Assembly (NCBI GenBank): GCA_965652295.1
Contig: CBFGTS010000003.1
Location: 96,001 to 160,000 of the forward strand
Direction of reading: 5' to 3'
From: an uncultured Haloferula sp.
GTDB taxonomy: Bacteria > Verrucomicrobiota > Verrucomicrobiia > Verrucomicrobiales > Akkermansiaceae
DNA: 64,000 nucleotides
Below the pieces are notes generated by a model. That model ran no database searches. It was not told the DNA's origin and worked only from the letters and a program-made list of their open reading frames with translations. Shown in pieces: positions 42,579 to 54,856 of this stretch (positions are counted from its first letter, which is position 1; the number at the start of each line of letters is the position of its first letter). A program made the translations under genes and the position numbers.

Positions 42579-43379
42579 ATGAAATCTGCCGCACTCATTC
42601 TGGTTTGCGCCGCCTGCTTCGCCCGGGAGGACGAAGCGATCGGCGTGCCCGCACCGGAAATGACCCGAATCGAGGGCGGCACCTATGTTCCCATGTTCGG
42701 CGAGCGGGATAAGCCGCGCATCGTCGGCCCTTTCCTGCTCGACCGCCACCCGGTGACCAACGGCGACTTTCTCGCTTTCGTCCGCGAGCACCCCAAATGG
42801 CGCCGCTCGCAAGTCCGCAAGCTGTTCGCCGACGCCGGCTATTTGTCGCACTGGCAGGGCGATCTCGATCCCGGTCCGCTCGCGCCCGTCGACGCCCCCG
42901 TCGTCCGCGTCTCCTGGTTCGCCGCCCGCGCCTACCTGAAGTCGGTAGGAAAGCGCCTGCCTCGCGAGGACGAATGGGAATTTGCCGCGCGCGCCGACAC
43001 CACCCGTGCCGATGCCACCACCGACCCGGATTTCCTTCGCCGGATTCTCGAATGGTATGGCAAGCCGACTCCGGAGACGCTGCCGGCGGCCGACTCGATG
43101 CCCGCCGACATCCACGGCGTCTCGGGCCTCCATGGCCTTGTCTGGGAGTGGGTCGAGGACTTCAACAACCAGATGGTGACCGGTGCCGCCCGCAACGACA
43201 CCTCGCTCGACCGCTCCCTGTTCTGCGCCGGTGGTGCCGCCAATGCCACCGACGCCTCGAACTACGCTGCCTTCATGCGCTACGCTTTCCGTTCCAGCCT
43301 CGAAGGCGCCTTCACCGTCACCAACCTTGGTTTCCGCGGCACCCGCGATCTGCCCCAACCCAATTCCGAGAAACCATGA
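42579..43379 (+). CDS. Formylglycine-generating-enzyme-family protein (NirV-like)
   Basis: PVTNGDF, PVVRVSWFAA, RLPREDEWEFAA, GLVWEW and LGFR motifs; directly after nirK. Confidence 0.85.
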   Translation: MKSAALILVCAACFAREDEAIGVPAPEMTRIEGGTYVPMFGERDKPRIVGPFLLDRHPVTNGDFLAFVREHPKWRRSQVRKLFADAGYLSHWQGDLDPGPLAPVDAPVVRVSWFAARAYLKSVGKRLPREDEWEFAARADTTRADATTDPDFLRRILEWYGKPTPETLPAADSMPADIHGVSGLHGLVWEWVEDFNNQMVTGAARNDTSLDRSLFCAGGAANATDASNYAAFMRYAFRSSLEGAFTVTNLGFRGTRDLPQPNSEKP

Positions 43380-43987
43380 AATCGATCTTATTCGTTTCCC
43401 TGCTCACGTTCGGCAGCGTCAATGCCGAACCCCCGTGCTGCGCGAAAAAGGAGGCGGCCACCGAACAGAGCGACACCTCCCTCTACCAGCTCACCTCAAA
43501 GTGGACGAACCAGCACAACAAGGAGGTCGTGCTCGCCTCGCTCAAGGGACAACCGGTGCTGGTCACCATGGGCTATGCCAGCTGCCAATATGCCTGCCCT
43601 CGCCTCGTCGCCGACTTCATGGCTATCGAGCGCGCCCTCACCGAGGACGAGCGTGAGCAGGTTGCCTTCGTCTTCGTCTCCATCGACCCCGAGCGCGACA
43701 CGCCGGAGAAACTGAAGGCCTTCCTCGGGAATTACCATGTCGATCAAGAGCGCTGGTCCGCGCTGCGCGGCAGCGAGGACGACATTCTTGAGCTGTCGGT
43801 CGCCTTGGGGAATCGCTTCCGCAAGCTGGAGAACTCGGACTTCGCCCACTCCAACCTCATCACCCTGCTCTCGCCCTCCGGAGAGATCGTCCACGGTCAG
43901 GAGGGGCTCGGCACCGACCCTGTCGGTACGCTTGCCGCTCTCCGCGAATTTCTCAAAACCGCCGTCAGCTGCGACAAACAACCCTGA
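43376..43987 (+). CDS. SCO-family copper chaperone
   Basis: CQYACP (CxxxC), SIDPERDTPE and conserved His (FAHS); start overlaps the upstream stop (ATGA). Confidence 0.9.
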   Translation: MKSILFVSLLTFGSVNAEPPCCAKKEAATEQSDTSLYQLTSKWTNQHNKEVVLASLKGQPVLVTMGYASCQYACPRLVADFMAIERALTEDEREQVAFVFVSIDPERDTPEKLKAFLGNYHVDQERWSALRGSEDDILELSVALGNRFRKLENSDFAHSNLITLLSPSGEIVHGQEGLGTDPVGTLAALREFLKTAVSCDKQP

Positions 43988-43989
43988 GC

Positions 43990-45060
43990 ATGGTCGCGCC
44001 ATTCCAGCCCCCGACGGGCGATCCCTTCGCCGAGCGCCCCTTCCTCGTCTTCTGGGAAATCACGCGCGCCTGCGCACTGGCCTGCCGCCACTGCCGCGCC
44101 GAGGCTCAGCCGCGCCGGCATCCCGACGAACTCAATGACAGCGAGGCTTTCGCTCTCGTCGACCAGCTTGGGGAACTCGCGCCACCGATGCTGATCCTCA
44201 CCGGCGGCGACCCGCTGATGCGTCCCGACGTGCTCGATATCGCCCGCCGCAGCACTGCCACCGGTATGCGAGTCGGTCTCAGCCCGTCGGGCACCGCGCG
44301 ACTCGTGAACTTCGATTTCGATGCCATCCGCGAAACCGGCATCGACCGCATTTCACTCAGTCTCGACGGTGCCAGCCGCGAGACCCACGACGCCTTCCGC
44401 GGCCTGAGCGGGACCTACGACCGCACCATCCGCGCCGTCCACCTCGCCCACGACGCCGGTCTTTCCGTCCAGATCAACACCACGCTGACCGCCAGCAATC
44501 TCCACGAATTCGGCGCCTTCCGCGATCTCATGTTCGAGCTTGCACCGGCGATGTGGAGCGTCTTCGTCCTCGTCCCCACCGGCCGCGCCGGTGCCAAGGA
44601 CGTGCCCGATCCCGACCAACTCGAAAGGATCTTCGAGGAAATGGCCGACCTCGTCGGCAACGCTCCCTTCGCGGTCAAGACCACCGAGGGTCACCACTTC
44701 CGCCGCATCCTCGCCCAGCGCGGCATGGGGGGCCCCAAAGGCCGGCCCGGCATGCGTTCGCCACTCGGCATCCGCGACGGCCGCGGCATCATGTTCATCT
44801 CCCACACCGGCGTGGTCAGCCCCAGCGGCTTCCTGCCGATCGACTGCGGCAACGTCCGGGACCGCCACCCGGCCGACATCTACCGCCACCATCCCCTGTT
44901 TGTCAGTCTGCGCGATTCCGACGCTCTCGGCGGCAAGTGCGGCCAGTGCGAGTTCCGCAAAATCTGCGGAGGCTCGCGCGCCCGCGCATACGGCCTCACC
45001 GGCGATCCTTTCGCGGCCGATCCCTCCTGCTCCTACCAACCCGCACTCGCAATCCCATGA
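43990..45060 (+). CDS. Radical SAM/SPASM protein, AhbD-like (BA_1875/TIGR04053-type)
   Basis: WEITRACALACRHCRA, TGGDPL, DGRGIMFISHTG and CGQCEFRKICGGSRARA motifs. Confidence 0.8.
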   Translation: MVAPFQPPTGDPFAERPFLVFWEITRACALACRHCRAEAQPRRHPDELNDSEAFALVDQLGELAPPMLILTGGDPLMRPDVLDIARRSTATGMRVGLSPSGTARLVNFDFDAIRETGIDRISLSLDGASRETHDAFRGLSGTYDRTIRAVHLAHDAGLSVQINTTLTASNLHEFGAFRDLMFELAPAMWSVFVLVPTGRAGAKDVPDPDQLERIFEEMADLVGNAPFAVKTTEGHHFRRILAQRGMGGPKGRPGMRSPLGIRDGRGIMFISHTGVVSPSGFLPIDCGNVRDRHPADIYRHHPLFVSLRDSDALGGKCGQCEFRKICGGSRARAYGLTGDPFAADPSCSYQPALAIP

Positions 45061-46268
45061 TCAACCTGACCCGCCTCTGGACCGGTGTCGCGCAACCCGC
45101 CGACGATCTTCGCTACGGTACCGCCCGTACTTCCGGGCCCGACTCCCGCTCACGCAAGCCGATCGTTGTCTGGAACATTACCCGTACCTGCAACCTGCGC
45201 TGCGTTCACTGCTACTCCGACTCGATGGCCATGCGCTACCCCGGCGAACTCGACTGGAAGCAGATGCAGGCCGTCGTCGCCGACCTCGCCGCCTACCGCA
45301 TCCCCTCGCTCCTCTTCTCCGGCGGCGAGCCGCTCATCCACCCGCGCTTCTTCGATCTCGTCGAAACTGCGACCGAAGCCGGGCTCAAGCTGACCATCTC
45401 CACCAATGGCACCCTCATCGATGCGGAAAAGGCCGCTCGCCTGAAGGCTGCCAACGTCGCCTACGTCGGCATCTCGCTCGACGGCATCGGTGCGATCCAC
45501 GACGAGTTCCGCGGCAAGGAGGGTGCCTTCAAAGCCGCCGTGCACGGCTTCCGCCACTGCGAGGAGGTCGGCCAGAAGACCGGCCTGCGCATGACTCTCA
45601 CCCGTCACAACGTCGCCAACCTCGAACGCATCCTCGACTTCATCGAGGAGCAGAACATCCAGCGCACCTGCTTTTACCACCTCGTCCCCGCCGGCCGGGG
45701 CAGCGAGTTGCAAGTACTAGACCCTTCGGAGTCGCGCCGGGCCTTGGACACCCTGATCGCCCGCGTCGAACGCTGGAGGGACCGTGGCATCGACCGCGAG
45801 GTGCTCACCGTCACTCAACCCGCCGACGGTGCCTACCTGCTGCATCGCATGGAGCGCGAGAACCACCCGCAGCTCGACCAAGCCCGCCAGCTCCTTAGGT
45901 GGAACGGGGGCGGTGCCAACAGCTCCGGTCGCGCCGTGGCCAACATCGACACGCAGGGCGATGTCCACCCGGACCAATTCTGGCAAAACATGCAACTCGG
46001 CAACGTCAAGACCACACCCTTTTCCGAAATCTGGGAAGGCAGGTATTCCCCCAGCGCTCCCTTGCTCGAGGAGATCCGCTCGGTCGGCCTGCTCGACGAA
46101 CGCAGCCGTCAGGCCCTCATGCACGGCAAATGTGCCAGCTGCCGCTGGTTCAACATCTGCGGCGGCGGCTTCCGCACCCGCGCCGCCTTCGCCAACGGCG
46201 ACCTCTGGGGCAGCGATCCCGCCTGCTACCTCACCGAGGAAGAAACCGGAGCTGCCCTCGTCTGCTGA
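45057..46268 (+). CDS. Radical SAM/SPASM protein, AhbC/NirJ1-like
   Basis: LRYG...KPIVVWNITRTCNLRCVHCY, YVGISLDG, YHLVPAGRG, NSSG, VHPDQFW and CASC..ICGG...DPACY motifs. Confidence 0.82.
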   Translation: MINLTRLWTGVAQPADDLRYGTARTSGPDSRSRKPIVVWNITRTCNLRCVHCYSDSMAMRYPGELDWKQMQAVVADLAAYRIPSLLFSGGEPLIHPRFFDLVETATEAGLKLTISTNGTLIDAEKAARLKAANVAYVGISLDGIGAIHDEFRGKEGAFKAAVHGFRHCEEVGQKTGLRMTLTRHNVANLERILDFIEEQNIQRTCFYHLVPAGRGSELQVLDPSESRRALDTLIARVERWRDRGIDREVLTVTQPADGAYLLHRMERENHPQLDQARQLLRWNGGGANSSGRAVANIDTQGDVHPDQFWQNMQLGNVKTTPFSEIWEGRYSPSAPLLEEIRSVGLLDERSRQALMHGKCASCRWFNICGGGFRTRAAFANGDLWGSDPACYLTEEETGAALVC

Positions 46269-46329
46269 CCTGCAGTGGCTGCTCCGGCCCGGAGCAGGCC
46301 GTGGTTGAAGCGGGCCGCCGCATCAAATC

Positions 46330-47595
46330 ATGAATGCCATCATCCGCCAACTCACCCGCCTCACCGAAGAACCCTTCCGCCTGTTCTTCCCCCTCGGCGT
46401 GCTCGCCTCGGTCATCGGTGTCATGCTGTGGCCGGCGATCTTCCGGGGTTGGATCGGGTACTACCCTCTCGAAGCCCACGCCCGTTGGATGGTCCTCGGT
46501 TTCGGCGGTTCGCTGATCGTCGGATTCCTCGGCACCGCCGGGCCGCGCCTGCTTGGCACCCGGCCGTTCTTCCGTTGGGAATTTCTCGTCCACCTCGCCC
46601 TCGCGCTGGCGATGATGATCGCCCTCGGGTTCAACCGCATCGCCAGCGCCGACCTGCTGACGGGCATCTGGCTCATTGGCGTGCTCGCCAGCCTGCTCGG
46701 GCGTTTCCTCTTCGCCCGCCGCGACGTCCCGCCGCCCGGCCTGCCGCTCGCCGTGCTCGGCCTCGGCGGTGCGGCCACCGCCGGTCTCGTCTTTGGTACC
46801 GGCCTTTCGACGTCTCTCTTCGTCCATCAGTTCCTCCGCCTGCTCTATTTCCAGGGGTTCCTTTGGTTGCCCATCCTCGGCGTCGCGCCCTACCTGCTGC
46901 CACGCTTTTTCGGAAGACGTTCGCTCCATTCGTTTGAGGAGAGTCTCTCTCTCCCCGCCGGCTGGAGGCGCCCCTTCCTCGAATCCCTCGCCGCGGGTCT
47001 TCTTCTCCTCGCCAGCTTTGCCCTCGAAGCGTGGGGCCACGGCCGCACCGGTCACGTGCTTCGCGCCGCGGTGGTGACGGTTCACCTCGCCCGCTCTGTC
47101 CCCGGACTATTCGCCTGGAGCAAAGTGAACGGCCTCGGACTCGCTCTGCGCTGGGTTGTCCCCTGCGCAGCTGGCGGCTGGTTGCTCGCCGCATGGTTCC
47201 AGCCGCTGCGCATTGGCATGCTCCACCTGATGTTCATCGGTGGAGCCGGCCTGCTGATGCTCGCCGCTGCTACTCGCGTAATCCTTGGCCACAATGACCG
47301 CCACGACCGCCTCACCTCGCCGCTACGCTGGTTCCACGCGCTGTGGGCCCTCGTTCTATTCACCGCGGCCACCCGCTTGACTTCGGACTTCGTTCTCAAA
47401 GTCCGTATCTCGCACTTCATCTATGCGGCGCTGTTGTGGGTGCTCATCACAGCCTTCTGGAGTTGGAAACTCCGCCTCGAGCGTAAGCTCCCGCTTTATG
47501 AGGAAGGCGTCATCCAGAGCCGCTGCCCGCGGCGGCGAAAGTCTCTCAACCGCAATCAGGTCAACCGCTCCGGAAATGCGACGCCAGGCTGCTGA
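46330..47595 (+). CDS. nnrS: NnrS-family membrane protein
   Basis: EPFRLFF, HARWMVLGF, GFLGTA, LHLMFIGG and TRVILGH motifs; many TM helices. Confidence 0.8.
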   Translation: MNAIIRQLTRLTEEPFRLFFPLGVLASVIGVMLWPAIFRGWIGYYPLEAHARWMVLGFGGSLIVGFLGTAGPRLLGTRPFFRWEFLVHLALALAMMIALGFNRIASADLLTGIWLIGVLASLLGRFLFARRDVPPPGLPLAVLGLGGAATAGLVFGTGLSTSLFVHQFLRLLYFQGFLWLPILGVAPYLLPRFFGRRSLHSFEESLSLPAGWRRPFLESLAAGLLLLASFALEAWGHGRTGHVLRAAVVTVHLARSVPGLFAWSKVNGLGLALRWVVPCAAGGWLLAAWFQPLRIGMLHLMFIGGAGLLMLAAATRVILGHNDRHDRLTSPLRWFHALWALVLFTAATRLTSDFVLKVRISHFIYAALLWVLITAFWSWKLRLERKLPLYEEGVIQSRCPRRRKSLNRNQVNRSGNATPGC

Positions 47596-47647
47596 GTTTC
47601 CAGCCAAATTCTAGGCGCAATCTTCGGAAGGAGGCGGGAACTCGCCC

Positions 47648-48094
47648 TCATCTCATCAACCACCCGGTCCGGAACGAGACGCCGACCACCACGAAGAGCA
47701 CCGACACGATGGTTACCGGCACGATGTGCCAGGCGAGAGCACGCAGATTGTGTTCGTCCAGCTTCGGGATGATCCGCAGCCGCGCGTCGACCGCCAGCCC
47801 CACGGTAACCGCCAACAGACTCAGTTTGATCGCGACCAATCGCCCCAGAGGGTGGCTCCAGTCAAACCACAGCGTCGGATCCGGCACCAGTCGATGGGCC
47901 AACCACAGCCCGGTCGCTACCTGCACGATCAACGCGGGAATGCCGATGCGCTCGTAGCGGGACTCGAAACGGCAGATCGACTCGGGATCCCGGTCCCGTA
48001 GCGCCCGGGGGAGAATCGCCGTAGCCAGGACAAGATGTCCACCGGTCCAAACCGTGGCGCCGAGGAGATGAAGCAGCAGGATGACTCCGAACAT
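47648..48094 (-). CDS. CopD-family small membrane protein
   Basis: LLHLLGATVWTGGH, QVATGLWLA and KLSLL motifs; four TM helices. Confidence 0.75.
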   Translation of the reverse strand: MFGVILLLHLLGATVWTGGHLVLATAILPRALRDRDPESICRFESRYERIGIPALIVQVATGLWLAHRLVPDPTLWFDWSHPLGRLVAIKLSLLAVTVGLAVDARLRIIPKLDEHNLRALAWHIVPVTIVSVLFVVVGVSFRTGWLMR

Positions 48095-48183
48095 CTGGAC
48101 TCAAGGTTGGCTCTGATGACGAAAGAGGGCCGGGAGCGCCCACCAACCAGAGAGCGTCCCGACCCTGCTCCAATCTGCAATCG

Positions 48184-48867
48184 TCAGCCTTCTCCCAGTT
48201 TCCGTGCTGCGGGGAAGAGCACCGAGTTCTCCAGGTGGATATGCCGATGGAGGTCCTCCTCCAGCTCAGCGAGTCCCGCAAACAGAGCCCGGTAGGTGTT
48301 GCAAGCCTCCGCCGGCGGCGTGAAGCCAGCGGTAAGCTCCCGCATCCTGGCCAAGGCTGCACCGGCCTCGTCGTGCTCTTCTAACATCGTCGCGATGGCC
48401 CCGTCGAGCGGGATTCCCGCCGTTCCCCCCGAGGCCATCGCTTTGATCGCCGGAAAAAGCACCTCCTCCTCCTTCATCATGTGGTGCGCGAGCTCGAACA
48501 TCATCCCTTCATAGACCTCAAGCACCTCAACCAGCGACGGCGTGTGCGGTCCGTGAACCTGAGCCACCCGCTGTGCCATCATGTGGATGCGCGGCAGCTC
48601 GTCGCGCAGAAAACGATGGTGGGTTGACACGATGTGATCGACCATCTCGCCCGGAGGGAAGGTCGCCGGATTCACGTCGGGAGCGGGCTTGTCGCGGAGC
48701 TCCGCCTCAAGCTGCTCGACCACGGCTTCGGCACTCACCTGTCTACGCTCGCAGGCCTCTCGAAGGGTGCGTCCGCCCTGGCAGCAGAAGTCGATCCCAT
48801 AGGCCTGGAAAATCCGCGACTGAGAAGGACGCTCGGCGACGATTTCGCCTACCGTCCGATCCAGCAT
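48184..48867 (-). CDS. ric: Iron-sulfur cluster repair di-iron protein
   Basis: IDFCCQGG, HHRFLR, HMMKEEEVLFP, EHD and HIHLENSVLFP motifs; alternative start at 48909. Confidence 0.93.
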   Translation of the reverse strand: MLDRTVGEIVAERPSQSRIFQAYGIDFCCQGGRTLREACERRQVSAEAVVEQLEAELRDKPAPDVNPATFPPGEMVDHIVSTHHRFLRDELPRIHMMAQRVAQVHGPHTPSLVEVLEVYEGMMFELAHHMMKEEEVLFPAIKAMASGGTAGIPLDGAIATMLEEHDEAGAALARMRELTAGFTPPAEACNTYRALFAGLAELEEDLHRHIHLENSVLFPAARKLGEG

Positions 48868-48947
48868 CGGCGTGCCCGGCGGTGAAAATACAACGGTTGA
48901 ATGACTCATAACGCAGCAACAATTCACCGCTCCGCAGCCCATTTCAA

Positions 48948-48973
48948 GATTTAAAGAAATTTATTTCCTTTTC
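48948..48973. promoter_or_regulatory. 26-bp operator in the divergent ric/nrdJ promoter
   Basis: GATTTAAAGAAATTTATTTCCTTTTC, identical to 54023-54048. Confidence 0.75.
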
Positions 48974-49021
48974 AGCACGCCTCTCCTACTTAAGGAGTCG
49001 TCCACCGCCAGTTGCCCATCC

Positions 49022-52027
<3,006 letters not shown>

Positions 52028-52060
52028 TGATTCTTCCCTTCTACAATTTTTCTTTCAGCC

Positions 52061-53488
52061 ATGACGTCCCCATTTCCCATCGATCGACCGCTACCTGAAA
52101 TCATTCAAGGTGGTATGGGCGTCGGAGTTTCCAGCTGGCAGCTCGCACGCGCGGTATCATCCGCAGGACAGCTGGGCGTCGTTTCGGGAACCATGATCGA
52201 CGTCGTCGTAGCCCGAACGCTTCAGCTCGGCGATCCCGGCGGTCACCTTCGTCGTGCTCTCGGGAATTTTCCAGACCAAGCCGCAGCTTCGCGTTTCTTG
52301 AAGCGCTACTTCATTGAAGGAGGTAGGGGCAAGGACACACCATATCGTCCGGTGCCAATGGCTTCATTGCCACCCTCCAGAGCCTTCCTCGAATTTTCCA
52401 TCCTTGCCTGCTTCGCCACAGTCTGGCTTGCGAAAGAAGGACACGAAGGCAGCGTGGGAATCAATCTGCTGGAGAAGAGTCAAATCCCCACGCTTCCTGC
52501 CCTCTACGGGGCCATGCTGGCCGACGTCGACTACGTTCTTATGGGAGCCGGCATCCCGCGTCAGATTCCGGGTGTTCTGGATCGCTTGTCGGAGAACCAG
52601 CCAGCAGAACTCCGCATCGACGTCACCGGTGCGACGGAACCGGTTTCTCTTGAGTTTGATCCTCACCAGATCTGCGATACGCCCGTTTCAAGACTAAAGC
52701 GCCCCTCATTTCTAGCAGTCGTATCCTCAGCGGTGCTCGCGAAGTCTCTGAAACGCAAGGCAACCGGAACGGTTGATGGATTCGTGATCGAGCTTCCCTC
52801 AGCCGGAGGGCACAACGCCCCTCCCCGAGGCGGCATCGCACTGAGCAACAACGGCGAGCCGCTCTATGGCCCGCGTGATGTAATTGACATGTCCGATATT
52901 CGGGAGATCGGCCTCCCCTTCTGGCTTGCCGGTGGCTACGGAAGGATCGGAGGATTGCGCGAAGCTCAAGCTGCCGGTGCCGTGGGCATTCAGGTCGGCA
53001 CTGCCTTTGCCCTCTGCGACGAATCTGGTTTCGATCCTATGCTCAAGATGCGGATGATCACGGCTATCCGCGCGGGAAATTTGAAAATCTTTACCGATCC
53101 CCTCGCATCTCCCACCGGTTTTCCTTTCAAGATCGCCTCCCTCTCCCAAACGCTCTCGGAGACTGATGTCTACCAATCACGTCAACGGATATGTGACATC
53201 GGTGTCCTTCGCGAGCCGTTCATGAAACCCGACGGCAGCATCGGCTTCCGCTGCTCCGCCGAGCCGGTGGACGCCTACGTCGCGAAAGGAGGCGACGTAA
53301 ACCGAACCATCGGTGCCAAGTGTCTCTGCAACTCACTCGGCGCAGCGATCGGCCTCGGCCAAATCCGATCCGGAGGTAGCAGCGAGGCCGCGCTGATCAC
53401 CTTAGGTGACGAGATTGCAGCTCTTCGGCCTCTTCTTTCATCCGACTCCGTTTCCGCGGAGAACGTGCTTAGCCGTCTCTTAAGTTGA
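52061..53488 (+). CDS. Nitronate monooxygenase-family flavoprotein (long form)
   Basis: IIQGGMGVGVS, MGAGIP, AGGHN, LAGG, IQVGTAF and SPTGFPFK motifs; C-terminal Cys cluster. Confidence 0.85.
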   Translation: MTSPFPIDRPLPEIIQGGMGVGVSSWQLARAVSSAGQLGVVSGTMIDVVVARTLQLGDPGGHLRRALGNFPDQAAASRFLKRYFIEGGRGKDTPYRPVPMASLPPSRAFLEFSILACFATVWLAKEGHEGSVGINLLEKSQIPTLPALYGAMLADVDYVLMGAGIPRQIPGVLDRLSENQPAELRIDVTGATEPVSLEFDPHQICDTPVSRLKRPSFLAVVSSAVLAKSLKRKATGTVDGFVIELPSAGGHNAPPRGGIALSNNGEPLYGPRDVIDMSDIREIGLPFWLAGGYGRIGGLREAQAAGAVGIQVGTAFALCDESGFDPMLKMRMITAIRAGNLKIFTDPLASPTGFPFKIASLSQTLSETDVYQSRQRICDIGVLREPFMKPDGSIGFRCSAEPVDAYVAKGGDVNRTIGAKCLCNSLGAAIGLGQIRSGGSSEAALITLGDEIAALRPLLSSDSVSAENVLSRLLS

Positions 53489-53813
53489 CCGGATCGATCG
53501 GGGCGACCAGACGCGCGAGGGACTCCAGACCCTCGATCCCCCAAGAGGGCTTTTCGCAACGAAGCATCTCCCCACATTGCATCGCGGCGGACGCCGACGC
53601 CTCTCTCCGTCTCGCCGAGATCATCGTTCAAGCTAACGCGCCTGGTTCGAAGCATTGCGTTGATGCCGCCCCCATCCAGCACACTATCGCACGCAAGATG
53701 GAGGCCGCCTTCCGACGCCGTACGGTGACGAGGTGCGCGACCGCCGGCGAGTCGATATGGAGAGCTTCGGCTTCGCGCGCGTCGGACACGCCCTGACCTT
53801 CGAGCGACGCTGA

Positions 53814-53915
53814 CTGGTCGCCGCCGCCTGCTGGTCGAGCTGCTTCGCCACCTACGCCGTGCGCTATCGCAAGACCCTCACCCGCCCCGGTGCCGATGGT
53901 GAAATCGGTTGCTGA
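53814..53915 (+). pseudogene. C-terminal remnant resembling proteobacterial-type NnrS
   Basis: LVAAACWSSCFATYAVRYRKTLTRPGADGEIGC*, preceded by an in-frame TGA. Confidence 0.45.
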
Positions 53916-54022
53916 GCGGATGCCCGCAGTTGGCGTCCAGATGACACGCTCGAATTCCGCAACGGCTTAGACGATGCGGCAGCGAAGGAGCCCTGGGACA
54001 ATTCGAGGAGCCCCCCTATTCG

Positions 54023-54048
54023 GATTTAAAGAAATTTATTTCCTTTTC
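54023..54048. promoter_or_regulatory. 26-bp operator upstream of norC
   Basis: GATTTAAAGAAATTTATTTCCTTTTC, identical to 48948-48973. Confidence 0.75.
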
Positions 54049-54144
54049 GCAAAAGGCCGGATACAAGCGCCCCCGTCAGGCACCACGCTTCGATCTTCCC
54101 AGGTCCAAGAATCTGACAGATTCCCAACTCGATCCATCACGACG

Positions 54145-54843
54145 ATGTTATCCAAATCCCAAGCCCGCGCCTTCTTCTTAGGAGGAACCGGCGTCTTCTC
54201 GCTCGCCTTTCTGGCCCTCACTTACGACTCCCACAAGCAGGTGCCACACCTGACCAACGAAGATCAACTCACTCCACAAGTCATCGCCGGCAAGGAGATT
54301 TGGGAGGCCAACAATTGCATGGGGTGCCACACGCTATTCGGTGAGGGCGCTTACTATGCTCCTGAACTGACCAAGGTCGTCGAGCGCCGGGGCAAAGAGT
54401 GGATGCGACTTTTTCTCAAGGACCCTCAGGCGATGTATCCGGGGGAGCGGAAGATGGTGCAGTACGATTTCACGGAAGAGGAAATTGAAGAAGTCATCGC
54501 ATTTTTCGAATGGTGCGGGAAGGTCGACCTCAACGGATTTCCCGCAGATCCCCCCCTCGGGCGGGTCGCGGCGCCGGGGGCCCCAACCGGCAAGACCAGC
54601 GTCCCGAAGCCGCAGATCTTCTCCACCATCTGCGCCGCCTGCCACAGCGTCGGCGGGGAGGGTGGCAAGGTCGGCCCCGCACTCGACCTCGTGGGAACCA
54701 AAATGGACCACGACGCGATGAAAGCATGGATTGCCAACCCCCAGAAAATCAAACCCGGCACCGCCATGCCGCAGATCCCGATGACCCCCGAGCAACTCGA
54801 AGAAGTCGTCACCTACCTCCTCAGCCTCTCCGAAAACAACTGA
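54145..54843 (+). CDS. norC: Nitric oxide reductase subunit C with a second cytochrome c domain
   Basis: MLSKSQARAFFLGG TM anchor, NNCMGCHTLFGEGAYYAPEL, and a second CAACH...AMP domain. Confidence 0.92.
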   Translation: MLSKSQARAFFLGGTGVFSLAFLALTYDSHKQVPHLTNEDQLTPQVIAGKEIWEANNCMGCHTLFGEGAYYAPELTKVVERRGKEWMRLFLKDPQAMYPGERKMVQYDFTEEEIEEVIAFFEWCGKVDLNGFPADPPLGRVAAPGAPTGKTSVPKPQIFSTICAACHSVGGEGGKVGPALDLVGTKMDHDAMKAWIANPQKIKPGTAMPQIPMTPEQLEEVVTYLLSLSENN

Positions 54844-54856
54844 CTTGTCCCACGTC

